From an uncultured Lentimicrobiaceae bacterium (lineage in GTDB: Bacteria; Bacteroidota; Bacteroidia; Bacteroidales; WCHB1-69), in contig CAZFPO010000008.1 of the NCBI GenBank assembly GCA_964521105.1, forward strand, positions 1 to 59,173: 59,173 bases of DNA, read 5' to 3'. Made by a program: the position numbers and the translations under genes. This document shows, piece after piece, positions 37,564 through 47,394 of the stretch; the first letter of the stretch is position 1; each line of letters begins with the position of its first letter. The notes beneath the pieces are model-generated. The model was not told where the DNA came from. It was given only the letters and a program-made list of their open reading frames with translations, and did no database searches.

Positions 37564-39075
37564 TTAAAATTCATCATCATTGTCATTATTCATCTTTGAT
37601 GGAAGTGTTATTGAACCATCAAAAGAGGTGTTCGCTGGAATGCTATTATTGTAGTTAACGGAATCATACGATTCCTTATCTTCAAATTTAGCCAAATAGT
37701 CAATAAATCGAAGTTGAACGTCTCCTAAAGCACCGTTTCTATGCTTTGCAATTATAATTTCAGCTAATCCTTGCGAAGGTGTACCATCAGCAAAAGTATC
37801 TAATTTATAGTATTCTGGGCGATAGATGAACAACACCATATCAGCATCTTGCTCAATGGCTCCCGACTCACGTAAGTCGGCTAATTGTGGGCGTTTTGAC
37901 CCAGTACGTGTTTCCACTCCACGATTTAATTGCGAAAGTGCTATTACAGGAATATCTAATTCTTTGGCTAAATTTTTCAACGATCGCGAAATGATGCTTA
38001 TCTCTTGTTCGCGGTTTCCTTTACCTTTATCTTTGTCATCAATTTGAGCCGACATTAGCTGGAGGTAATCAATAATAACACACTGAATATCATATTGTTG
38101 TTTAAACCTTCGACATTTTGCACGTAAATCGAACACGGGAAGTGCAGGAGTATCATCAATTAAAATAGTGGCTTCCATTAATGGTTCTATTCGTTGGGTT
38201 AGTATTTCCCATTCTCTTTCGTCAAGTTTTCCTGTTTTAAGTTTATCATTTTGTATTTGACTTTCCGAAGCTATCAAACGTGTTGTTAGCTGTAAGGCCG
38301 ACATTTCTAAAGAGAAAAAAGCTATCGGGCGGTTGAATTTTACAGCCATATTTCGAGCCATCGATAAAACAAAAGCTGTTTTTCCCATCCCTGGTCGTGC
38401 CGCTAAAATAATCAAATCTGATTTTTGCCAACCGGCAGTAATTCTATCTAACTCGGTAAAACCCGAAGGAACTCCTCTAATTGATTCTTCATGATTTTTA
38501 GCATTATTAATCTCTTTCATGGCTTGATAAACCAAGGTTTTCATGTCGGAGTGAGTTTTACGAAAATTATTTTCAGCTATTTGAAATAAATCCTGACCTG
38601 CCTTATCTAGTAATTTTAAAGCATCTGTTGTATCCAAATAGGCATTTGAAATTACATCATTTGAAATTCTAATTAATTCGCGTTGTATATATTTTTCTAT
38701 TATTATTCGGCAATGAAATTCAATATTTGCCGAAGAACTTATTCTATTAGTTAATGAAGCAATGTAAAAGGGTCCCCCAACTAGTTCTAAATCGCCTTGC
38801 TTTTTTAATTGATTGGTTACCGTTAAAATATCTACCGGTTCTGACGATTGAAACAAATTACGAATGGCTAAAAAAATTCTACGATGCGATTCTTTATAAA
38901 ACATGTCTTCTTTAAGCATGTCAATGGTGGCTGTAAGGGCATTTTCTTCGAGCATAAGTGCTCCTAAAACCGCTTCTTCTAAATCGATAGCTTGGGGTGG
39001 TATTTTACCAAATGTACTTAAATCAATTTGAGTATTAATATTATTTTTGGTTCTTTTTCCTGTTTTTTCTTCCAT
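37564..39075 (-). CDS. dnaB: Replicative DNA helicase
   Basis: PPQAIDLEEAVLG, AARPGMGKT, FSLEM, IDYLQL, LSQLNR, DLRESGAIEQDAD, KHRNG. Confidence 0.98.
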   Translation of the reverse strand: MEEKTGKRTKNNINTQIDLSTFGKIPPQAIDLEEAVLGALMLEENALTATIDMLKEDMFYKESHRRIFLAIRNLFQSSEPVDILTVTNQLKKQGDLELVGGPFYIASLTNRISSSANIEFHCRIIIEKYIQRELIRISNDVISNAYLDTTDALKLLDKAGQDLFQIAENNFRKTHSDMKTLVYQAMKEINNAKNHEESIRGVPSGFTELDRITAGWQKSDLIILAARPGMGKTAFVLSMARNMAVKFNRPIAFFSLEMSALQLTTRLIASESQIQNDKLKTGKLDEREWEILTQRIEPLMEATILIDDTPALPVFDLRAKCRRFKQQYDIQCVIIDYLQLMSAQIDDKDKGKGNREQEISIISRSLKNLAKELDIPVIALSQLNRGVETRTGSKRPQLADLRESGAIEQDADMVLFIYRPEYYKLDTFADGTPSQGLAEIIIAKHRNGALGDVQLRFIDYLAKFEDKESYDSVNYNNSIPANTSFDGSITLPSKMNNDNDDEF

Positions 39076-39098
39076 TCTTCATTTATTTTATGGGATTT

Positions 39099-39106
39099 CA
39101 AAAGTA
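39099..39106 (-). promoter_or_regulatory. -7 promoter box (TACTTTTG) for dnaB
   Basis: TAnnTTTG 23 bp upstream of the ATG. Confidence 0.55.
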
Positions 39107-39188
39107 CTTAGATTTTAATTATAAAATTTAAAATTTGTGAGTTTTAATTATCAACAATTTAATGCATTAATTTACAGTATTTTAAAAA

Positions 39189-39214
39189 AAAAGCAAGCCA
39201 ATTGGCTTGCTTTT
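39189..39214 (-). terminator. Intrinsic terminator after the S46 peptidase
   Basis: Perfect palindrome AAAAGCAAGCCAATTGGCTTGCTTTT, 9-T run on the minus strand. Confidence 0.8.
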
Positions 39215-39232
39215 ACTATAATATTATAGTTT

Positions 39233-41389
39233 TTATTCTATAATTGTCATTTCTTTAATTAAATTTTGTGCATTTGCATATTTATCGATGATAAATAAAA
39301 CGTAACGTATATCAACACCAATTGTTCTTTGAAGTTCGGGTTCGAAGGCTATATCGCCACTCATTGCCTCCCAGTTTCCATCAAATGCACATCCAACAAT
39401 ATGTCCTTCGGCATTAATCATTGGGCTTCCCGAATTTCCGCCAGTGATGTCGGTATTAGCAATAAAGCAAACGGGCAATTCTCCATTTTTGCCATAACGG
39501 CCAAAGTCTTTTTTCAAAATCAAATCTTTAAGTTTCGATGGTACGATAAATTCATCATTTTTAGGATCTTCTTTTTCTAAAATGCCTCGCGAGGTTGTAT
39601 AAAAATTATAATGAACTGCATCTGCAGGTATATAATCCAATACTCTACCGTAAGTCATTCTCATTGTAAAATTAGCGTCTGGCGAAAAAACTTTATTGGG
39701 GTAGGCTTTACGAATTCCATCAACAAACAATCGTTTAGCTGTGTTTAATTTTCCATCGATAGCACTCATATCATTTTGAAGCGAGAAGTATGACTCTATC
39801 ATTGATTGAGAAATACGAACCAACCAGTCATTTGTCCATACTTTTTCCGATGGTTTTTGTAAGAATTTTTCAAATTTTTCAGCCGAAACTAAAAACGATT
39901 TTGAATAGATATCGTTAGCCATTTTTGTAAAATCACCTTTATACGTTTTATGTAATTCAGCAAAAATTGATGGATGGTATTCGGCTGGTATATTTTTGTA
40001 ATACATTTCAATTAAAGCAGCAAACATCTCTTTATCAACTTCTGTGTTATAATCTTTAAATTGTTCTTTTGCTAACTCTCTAAATGAATCAAAATCGCTA
40101 GGTTTTGCTTCTTTTTTCTTTAATACGGCGGGTAATGTTTGAAGTTTCCAAACAAACCATAAAGCTTCGGCTCCCATAAACGTTTCTTGAAAATACCATA
40201 AACGCTTTTGAACTAATTTATTAACCGACTCTTTGTATCCAGCTTCAATATCTTTTAAAACATTTCCATAAATTTTAACACGGTCGGGATCAGCATTTAC
40301 CCAATTTTCAAAATCTTGTTCAATTTTTTGTTTTTTACCAACTACGTTTAAGGCTTTTAAACCCTTACTTTGTCCAATATAATATTTCCAATAATTGGCT
40401 GTTTGGGCATATTTAGCAGCATATTGAATACGGATAGCATCACTTGCATCCATATTTTTCTTCATGATTTCCAATTTTTTATCACGAACTGAAATAATGG
40501 TCGGAGCCGTTTGATCTAATACTTCTTGAACTCCCCATGATGATAAATAACGGTCGGTATTTCCTGGGTAACCCCAAATCATAACGAAATCATTTTTTTC
40601 AATTCCTTTAATATTAACTGGTAGATAATGTTTAGGAACTAACGGAATATTTTTTTCACTATATTCTGCTGGCGAACCATCAGGGGCTGTATAAACACGT
40701 AAAATACTGAAATCACCAGTATGACGAGGCCACATCCAGTTATCAGTATCTCCGCCAAATTTACCTACGGCTGATGGTGGTGCACCTACTAAACGAACAT
40801 CTTTATAAGTTTCGTAAATAAACATATAATATTCGTTTCCTTCATAAAAATCTTTTACTTCAACAGTATATTTTCCTTTTTCTGAGTATTCTTTTTTAAG
40901 TTTACTAATGGCTGATTTAATTTTTGATGTGCGTTCAGAAGCAGGAGTTGAATTTGTAATTCCGTCTAAAACTTTTGAAGTAACATCGTCCATTCTAACT
41001 AAAAAAGTTGCTGTAATGTCCGTTTTTATTTCTTCTTTTTTAGTATATGCCCAAAATCCATGGGTTAAATAGTCGTTTTGAACACTACTTGCTGCCTGAA
41101 TTGCTCCATATCCACAGTGATGGTTTGTGAGCATTAATCCTTCTTTTGAAATAATTTCGGCTGTACAAAATCCTCCCAATTGAACAATCGCGTCTTTTAA
41201 GCTAGGACGGTTGATATTGTAGAGTTCTTCGGGAGTTAGTTTTAATCCATATTTTTTCATGTCGGCATAATTTAAGCGATTTACCAACATTGGCAACCAC
41301 ATACCTTCATCGGGTGGATTTGTTCCATAAGTAACTGTTGAGCTTCCTAAAACTAGCAACAATAATAATGATAAGAAAAAGCGTTTCAT
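39233..41389 (-). CDS. S46 dipeptidyl peptidase (DPP7-type)
   Basis: DEGMWLP, TNHHC, DNWMWPRHTGDF, TDITGGNSGSP, FDGNWEAMSGD. Confidence 0.95.
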   Translation of the reverse strand: MKRFFLSLLLLLVLGSSTVTYGTNPPDEGMWLPMLVNRLNYADMKKYGLKLTPEELYNINRPSLKDAIVQLGGFCTAEIISKEGLMLTNHHCGYGAIQAASSVQNDYLTHGFWAYTKKEEIKTDITATFLVRMDDVTSKVLDGITNSTPASERTSKIKSAISKLKKEYSEKGKYTVEVKDFYEGNEYYMFIYETYKDVRLVGAPPSAVGKFGGDTDNWMWPRHTGDFSILRVYTAPDGSPAEYSEKNIPLVPKHYLPVNIKGIEKNDFVMIWGYPGNTDRYLSSWGVQEVLDQTAPTIISVRDKKLEIMKKNMDASDAIRIQYAAKYAQTANYWKYYIGQSKGLKALNVVGKKQKIEQDFENWVNADPDRVKIYGNVLKDIEAGYKESVNKLVQKRLWYFQETFMGAEALWFVWKLQTLPAVLKKKEAKPSDFDSFRELAKEQFKDYNTEVDKEMFAALIEMYYKNIPAEYHPSIFAELHKTYKGDFTKMANDIYSKSFLVSAEKFEKFLQKPSEKVWTNDWLVRISQSMIESYFSLQNDMSAIDGKLNTAKRLFVDGIRKAYPNKVFSPDANFTMRMTYGRVLDYIPADAVHYNFYTTSRGILEKEDPKNDEFIVPSKLKDLILKKDFGRYGKNGELPVCFIANTDITGGNSGSPMINAEGHIVGCAFDGNWEAMSGDIAFEPELQRTIGVDIRYVLFIIDKYANAQNLIKEMTIIE

Positions 41390-41426
41390 AATAAGTGTTT
41401 TAGATTTAATAATATTGTATTTGCAA

Positions 41427-41434
41427 CAAATTTA
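41427..41434 (-). promoter_or_regulatory. -7 promoter box (TAAATTTG) for the S46 peptidase
   Basis: TAnnTTTG 37 bp upstream of the ATG. Confidence 0.5.
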
Positions 41435-41592
41435 TAATTTTTCGCAATAAAACAAGTGTTTTTTATACAAACTCACTTATTTTTGTGCTAAATCTCAATT
41501 TTTCATCTACTAATTTAACAATAAAATTATTTTGCAAATTTTGATAAACATCAAAATGAAAATTATTTGACTAAAAAAGGAAATTAATGTAT

Positions 41593-42360
41593 CTATTTTT
41601 TCGAAATTTTATTCAATTTATCTTTTCTTAAAACAGCAATATATTTAATAATAATCTGAGTTAAAAGTCGCTCTTTTGAAAGAACATTTTCTTTTTTACG
41701 TGCATTTCCGGCATAATTTTTTAACGATGCTTCACGAACAAAATAATATGCAGAATCTGAATCCCCTAATTTATCATACATCGCTCCAGCAATAAACATA
41801 AATTCTTTTTCTCTTCCTTCCGAATAATAAGGATTTTGTAGCATTTTTAACGATAAATCTAATGCCTTTTTTCTGTATAATTGAGCTTCACTCCGAAAAT
41901 CTTCTCGTTCAAAATGATAGGCACAAATACGATAAAACATACACCAAAACTCATCATCTTTATTTAAACTTTGGTATGTTAATTCAGCCATCATTAATCG
42001 CTCGGTTATATTGATGTTTAAATAATTTCTGTTTTTTCCTAATGCAAAACCGGTGTAGGATATTTGTGATATTTTGCTTTTGCTGATTGTATCAACATTA
42101 AAAAAATCTTCAATAAATGCGGTGTACTTACAATTATGGCAGCAATAAACCGAATGAAAGTCGGTATAAGGAAATAAAACATACTGAAATAAAACATCAT
42201 CATTAATAGTAGGCTTATACTTTCCGGGCACAAAAAATGAATTCTCTGCATTACATATTGGACATTTTATTTTTTCTTTTTTCCAATCGTTTTGTGCAAT
42301 TAATTGATATTCAGTGAAAAATAAAAATAAAAGTAGAAAATAAAAATATTTTTTCACCAT
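41593..42360 (-). CDS. DUF2225-like Zn-ribbon/TPR protein with signal peptide
   Basis: IKCPIC..VYCCHNCKYTAF..DF, then helical YRICAY..YRKKAL..FIAG; start placed at ATG 42360 (MVKK..LIAQ). Confidence 0.65.
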   Translation of the reverse strand: MVKKYFYFLLLFLFFTEYQLIAQNDWKKEKIKCPICNAENSFFVPGKYKPTINDDVLFQYVLFPYTDFHSVYCCHNCKYTAFIEDFFNVDTISKSKISQISYTGFALGKNRNYLNINITERLMMAELTYQSLNKDDEFWCMFYRICAYHFEREDFRSEAQLYRKKALDLSLKMLQNPYYSEGREKEFMFIAGAMYDKLGDSDSAYYFVREASLKNYAGNARKKENVLSKERLLTQIIIKYIAVLRKDKLNKISKK

Positions 42361-42647
42361 TAATCCTTTAAATTGGATTATTGATATTAAATCTGTCTTT
42401 TCTATTTTTATTACTAACATTTCAAAATAAATTGCTTACAAAATAGTTATACGAAAAAAAGAAACATTAGTTTCGTTTTAATTTTTATAATTAGTTGAAA
42501 ACCAAATAGTATAGCTAAAAACCCTTATTTTTGTATGTTTTTATAAAGAGAAATAAACAAAAATGTGTGTATAATTATATTTAATAACAAAACTATTTTA
42601 TTTTTTTCATAGTAATTTTATTTAGAAAAAACATAAAACCTCAGAAT

Positions 42648-43979
42648 ATGAAAAAAGGAACAAAAAAAATTTTTGTACTAGACACCTCTGTAATAATTTA
42701 CAATCATGCTTCAATATACAGCTTTGAGGAACATGATGTTGCCATCCCAATCACTGTTTTAGAGGAATTAGATCAATTTAAAAAAGGAAATGATACTAAA
42801 AATTTTGAGGCACGTGAATTTTCAAGAATTATTGATTCATTATCAATTGATAATACTTTACAAGATTGGATTCCACTCGGAGAGAGTTATTTAGGTTCAT
42901 TTAAAGTGGTTTTTGTTGATAAAAGTATTACGGTTGATGCTTGCGAAATTTTTGGTGAAGATAAACCCGACCACAGAATTTTAAATGCAGTAACTTTTTT
43001 AACCGAAGCATATCCTAAACGCCAAGTTATACTTGTTAGTAAAGACATTAACTTACGTCTTAAAGCAAAGTCGTTAAACATGCAAGCCGAAGACTATGAA
43101 ACAGGGAAGATAAAAAACATAGAAACACTTTATTCGGGTGTAAGTGAAACCAAAGGATTAGAAAAAGAAAATATATCATTACTACATGAAAAACTACAAG
43201 TTGATCCCTCATTGCTTGGAATAAACGAACCTATTCCTAACCATTATTACATTTTAAAAAATGGAAGTAGTTCTGTTTTAGCATACTACAACCCCATATC
43301 TCAATTACTAGAAAAAGTTGAAAAACGCCCAGCTTACCGTATCAATCCTCGAAATGCTGAACAGGTTTTTGCTTTACATGCTATAATGAATCCAAATATC
43401 AAACTTGTAACACTTCAAGGTGTGGCGGGTACAGGTAAAACTTTATTGGCTTTAGCAGGGGCTTTAGAACAAAAACGATTATATAAACAAATTTATTTAG
43501 CTAGACCTATTGTGCCTCTAAGTAATAAAGATATTGGTTTTTTACCTGGCGATGCTAAATCTAAACTTAATCCCTACATGGAGCCTCTTTTCGATAATTT
43601 GAAGTTTATTCGACACATGTTTACCGAAAAAGATAAAGAATTTCATACAATAAATGAAGATTTAGAAAACGAAAAACTAGTTATTCAGCCCCTTGCTTAT
43701 ATTCGGGGTCGAAGTTTATCTGATATTTGTTTTATTGTTGATGAAGCACAAAACCTTACACCACACGAAGTAAAAACAATCATTACTAGAGCGGGAGAAA
43801 ACACAAAAATTATTTTTACGGGCGACATTTTCCAAATCGATACTCCTTATCTTGATGCTCAAAGTAATGGACTTTCATATCTTATCGATCGTATAAAACA
43901 GCACCCTTTATATGCTCATATTAAGTTACTTAAAGGAGAACGCAGTGAACTCGCAAATTTGGCAAATGAACTTCTTTAA
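42648..43979 (+). CDS. PhoH-family ATPase with N-terminal PIN domain (YlaK-like)
   Basis: VLDTSVI, LEELDQFK, SKDINLRLKA, GVAGTGKT, RGRSL, DEAQN, GDIFQID. Confidence 0.93.
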   Translation: MKKGTKKIFVLDTSVIIYNHASIYSFEEHDVAIPITVLEELDQFKKGNDTKNFEAREFSRIIDSLSIDNTLQDWIPLGESYLGSFKVVFVDKSITVDACEIFGEDKPDHRILNAVTFLTEAYPKRQVILVSKDINLRLKAKSLNMQAEDYETGKIKNIETLYSGVSETKGLEKENISLLHEKLQVDPSLLGINEPIPNHYYILKNGSSSVLAYYNPISQLLEKVEKRPAYRINPRNAEQVFALHAIMNPNIKLVTLQGVAGTGKTLLALAGALEQKRLYKQIYLARPIVPLSNKDIGFLPGDAKSKLNPYMEPLFDNLKFIRHMFTEKDKEFHTINEDLENEKLVIQPLAYIRGRSLSDICFIVDEAQNLTPHEVKTIITRAGENTKIIFTGDIFQIDTPYLDAQSNGLSYLIDRIKQHPLYAHIKLLKGERSELANLANELL

Positions 43980-44036
43980 CCCAAACTAATCGATAGAAAA
44001 TTTAAAAATCGAACGAAGTAATTTTGACAGTTAATC

Positions 44037-44052
44037 CGTTCCACGTGAAACA
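44037..44052. promoter_or_regulatory. parS centromere-like site (CGTTCCACGTGAAACA)
   Basis: 15/16 match to the bacterial parS consensus TGTTNCACGTGAAACA; intergenic. Confidence 0.75.
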
Positions 44053-44096
44053 AAAACGTAAGTTTATACTATTCAGAAAGTTGAAAAAATAATAGC

Positions 44097-45629
44097 TTAA
44101 TCAGAAATACTTTCTGGTATTTCGGGCAGAATTTTTGCTCCATCATATTTCATTTCCACTCCCTTACGATAAGTTATGGTTAAATATAATATTCCTGTTT
44201 CATCATATTTTTGCCATAAACCATGTTTTCTACCTAATATATATATTCCAGTTTCTTTTAGTTTTCCATTGGGCCAATACGATTTAAAGTTACCATCTGG
44301 ATTATCATCATGAAAAATTACTTCATAAGCCTTATTTCCATTATCGTAAGTTCCTTTCCATTCTCCATCTCTTAAACCCTCTTTAAATGAGCCTTCTTCT
44401 ATAAAATCACCAAAATGAATTATCCATTTTCCCTCTTCTTTATCGTCGTAAAATTCGCCCTTACTTATGATATTACCACTTTCATCGTACTCGGCATATT
44501 TTCCTTCTAATTTTCCATTTACATAGTTTTCATCTCGTAAAGTTTTTCCATTTTCGTAAAACCAAATCCATTGACCTATTTTTTGCCCCTTTGTATTGTA
44601 CGAACCTGTCATTTCTACTTTACCACTCGGAAAATAGTATTTCCAATCATTTATGGGCTTAGAATCTAAATAGGTTCCCTCCGCTTTAATTTTTCCTCGA
44701 GAATAAAGCTCCTGCCAAGGTCCTTGCTTTTTGCCGTTTTCATCAATTATTCCAATACCTATAAGTTCCCCTTCATTAAACAAATATCCTTGAACTATTT
44801 TACCCTCTTCCGAATATTCGCGTCTAATTCCATGAGGTTTATTATTTAAATATGTTTGAATTACCTTTTGTTTACCATCTTTATAATAATCTACTCTAGT
44901 TTCTAAAATTCTAGTTTCTTCAGCTCCTTCTACTATATTTCCATTTACATATTTTTCTAACTTTTCTAAACTTCCTTCTTTATCAAAGTATTTAAAAAAT
45001 CCATCTTTTTTACCATTTAAATAAAAACCTTCCTCTTTTATCACGTCGTTTTCATAGAATATTTTCCATAAACCTTGTTTTAGTCCACTTTTATCCCTTC
45101 GGTTTATGTATTCTCTATTTAAAATATAACCTATCTTATAAGTAATTAATGATATTAAAATTCCGTCATTATCAAATTCTTTAGCAATCCCCTCCTCTAC
45201 TCCATTGGCAAATGGAATTTGCTTAATAACTTTTCCGCTTTTATTATAATGATATTCAAATCCCTCTTTTAAATCATTTTTATAGTTTTCTACAATTTTT
45301 TCATCTTTTGCATAGGTGGTTTTAAAACCCTCTTTTTTACCATTTAAATAATTTATAGTCATGTAAAGTTTTCCATCTGGTAAATAAAAACTCCAAATAC
45401 TATCTAACAGGGTGTTTTTTCTATTTCCTTCCGAAACTAAAATTCCTTTTTCGTTAAAGTTTTTCCAATAACCATCGGGCTGACCATTAACCATGTTTCC
45501 TTCACTCGACTTTACTCCATTTGCATGATAAAAAATATTATATCCATTTGGATTTATTTTTTGCGAATAAGCATTAGCTATAAAGAATACCCCTAACGTT
45601 ACAAATAAAAGTATTTTTTTCATAATCAA
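44097..45629 (-). CDS. Secreted MORN-variant repeat protein (YwqK-like annotation)
   Basis: Many G.W..Y..NG repeats; signal peptide ending YSQ. Confidence 0.85.
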   Translation of the reverse strand: MIMKKILLFVTLGVFFIANAYSQKINPNGYNIFYHANGVKSSEGNMVNGQPDGYWKNFNEKGILVSEGNRKNTLLDSIWSFYLPDGKLYMTINYLNGKKEGFKTTYAKDEKIVENYKNDLKEGFEYHYNKSGKVIKQIPFANGVEEGIAKEFDNDGILISLITYKIGYILNREYINRRDKSGLKQGLWKIFYENDVIKEEGFYLNGKKDGFFKYFDKEGSLEKLEKYVNGNIVEGAEETRILETRVDYYKDGKQKVIQTYLNNKPHGIRREYSEEGKIVQGYLFNEGELIGIGIIDENGKKQGPWQELYSRGKIKAEGTYLDSKPINDWKYYFPSGKVEMTGSYNTKGQKIGQWIWFYENGKTLRDENYVNGKLEGKYAEYDESGNIISKGEFYDDKEEGKWIIHFGDFIEEGSFKEGLRDGEWKGTYDNGNKAYEVIFHDDNPDGNFKSYWPNGKLKETGIYILGRKHGLWQKYDETGILYLTITYRKGVEMKYDGAKILPEIPESISD

Positions 45630-45665
45630 TTCAATAAATTATTAATATTGAACAAACCTACAAAT

Positions 45666-46592
45666 TTATTTCAAATTTAACATTCGTAATAAGGGTAGTT
45701 TTGCTCGTTCAATTAATTCATACTCTAAAATTAATTCATTTGTTTCATTTTTTAAACAATTCAGTATTTTTTCTAAAGAATTTAATTTCATATAAGGGCA
45801 ATTATTACAATCACAATTTTTTTCAGAAGGTAAAATAATAAATTCCTTTTGTGGCGACAATTTTTTCATTTGATATAAAATTCCAGTTTCCGTAGCCACT
45901 ATATATTTTTTTGATGAATCAGTTTGAGTAAAATCTAACATAGCTTTTGTAGAACCAATAAAATCAGATAGTTGCAATATTACGTCTTTACATTCGGGAT
46001 GAGCTATTATTTTTGCATCGGGGTTATCTTTTTTTAATAAAATTAAATTTTCAATTTTCAATTGATCGTGCACATGACAGGCACCATCCCACAGTATCAT
46101 TTTTCGGTTTGTAACACTATTTATATAACTACCTAAATTTTTATCGGGAGCAAAAATTATTTTTTCATTTTTATCGAAGGATTCAACTACTTGAACAGCG
46201 TTGCTTGATGTACAAATTATTGTGGACATTGCCTTAATTTGAGCACTGCAATTTATATATGAAATTACTTTATAATTTGCATGATTATCAATAAATTCTC
46301 TAAATTCTTCTTCTGGACACGAATCCGCAAGAGAACAACCCGATTCAAAATCGGGAACTAAAACTTTTTTATATGGATTTAAAATTTTTGCTGTTTCGGC
46401 CATGAAATTTACTCCGGCAAAAATAATTATATTTGCTTTTGTATTTTGAGCAAAACGAGCTAATGCAAGACTATCTCCCACAAAATCAGATATTTCTTGT
46501 ACATCCGGAATAGTATAATAGTGAGATAAAATTATTGCATTTTTATTTTTTTTCAACAATTCTATTTCTTTATATAAAATATTATTTTTCAT
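45666..46592 (-). CDS. nadA: Quinolinate synthase
   Basis: ILSHYYT, FVGDSLAL, GVNFMAETAK, GCSLADS, SYINCSA, GACHVH, HPEC, CPYMK. Confidence 0.96.
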   Translation of the reverse strand: MKNNILYKEIELLKKNKNAIILSHYYTIPDVQEISDFVGDSLALARFAQNTKANIIIFAGVNFMAETAKILNPYKKVLVPDFESGCSLADSCPEEEFREFIDNHANYKVISYINCSAQIKAMSTIICTSSNAVQVVESFDKNEKIIFAPDKNLGSYINSVTNRKMILWDGACHVHDQLKIENLILLKKDNPDAKIIAHPECKDVILQLSDFIGSTKAMLDFTQTDSSKKYIVATETGILYQMKKLSPQKEFIILPSEKNCDCNNCPYMKLNSLEKILNCLKNETNELILEYELIERAKLPLLRMLNLK

Positions 46593-46962
46593 TTAAAAAA
46601 TTATTATTATTTATAATAAGCTGTTAATAGGTGAATAAAATTAGTAAAAAGAATTTTGATTTTTAATAAATACTCTTTTATAAACAAGTTTTCAACCAAA
46701 TGTTTTTAAATAAAACACTAATTATCAATATTATAAATTATTAATTTAACATTTATTTAAAAATCAATAAAAATCAATTTTTGATAACTTTATTTGAAAT
46801 TAATGTTTAATATTTTGTTCAAAAATTCATATTTATGAACAAAAATAAAATTTAAAATTGTAAAAAGGCATTTTAATAAATTTTATCATTTTTTATCCAC
46901 ACATTATTCACAACATATTAACCAAATAAACCGATAAAAAACTATTTTTGTAGAAAAAAAAT
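46593..46962. other. Candidate chromosomal replication origin (oriC)
   Basis: ~14% GC by hand count; TTATCCACA (46893-46901) and TTATTCACA (46904-46912) in tandem; oppositely oriented degenerate boxes at 46622-46638; nearby parS sites; gene orientation diverges here. Confidence 0.65.
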
Positions 46963-47394
46963 ATGATAATAAAAATTGGCTCTGATCATGCAGGTTTTGC
47001 AATAAAAGAATTTATTAAAAACTATCTGAAAATCAAAAATATACAATTTGACGATTTAGGTACTTTTTCGTATGAAAGTGTGGACTATCCAGATTTTTCG
47101 CATCAAGTAGCTATACAGGTTAGTAATAATGATAATAATATTGGTATTTTAATTTGTGGTTCGGGTAATGGAATATGTATGACTGCAAATAAACACAAAA
47201 ATATTAGAGCTGCTTTGTGTTGGAATGAAGAAATAGCTAAATTAGCTCGAGCTCATAATAATGCTAACATACTTTGTTTACCAGGAAGATATCTTTCAAT
47301 TGTTGAAACTGAGAAAATAATAGATTCCTTTTTAAATACTAAATTTGAAGGCGGTAGACACATTAACAGAATTAATAAAATTGAACATGAATAG
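46963..47394 (+). CDS. rpiB: Ribose-5-phosphate isomerase B
   Basis: IGSDHAGF, DYPDF, LICGSGNG, RAHNNAN, FEGGRH. Confidence 0.96.
   Translation: MIIKIGSDHAGFAIKEFIKNYLKIKNIQFDDLGTFSYESVDYPDFSHQVAIQVSNNDNNIGILICGSGNGICMTANKHKNIRAALCWNEEIAKLARAHNNANILCLPGRYLSIVETEKIIDSFLNTKFEGGRHINRINKIEHE

Noticed and set aside
39148-39156. DnaA-box-like TTATCAACA upstream of dnaB
   Set aside because: Single degenerate box; could be regulatory but is insufficient evidence for an origin
44097-45629. YwqK toxin-antitoxin system
   Set aside because: Secreted repeat protein with no adjacent toxin gene
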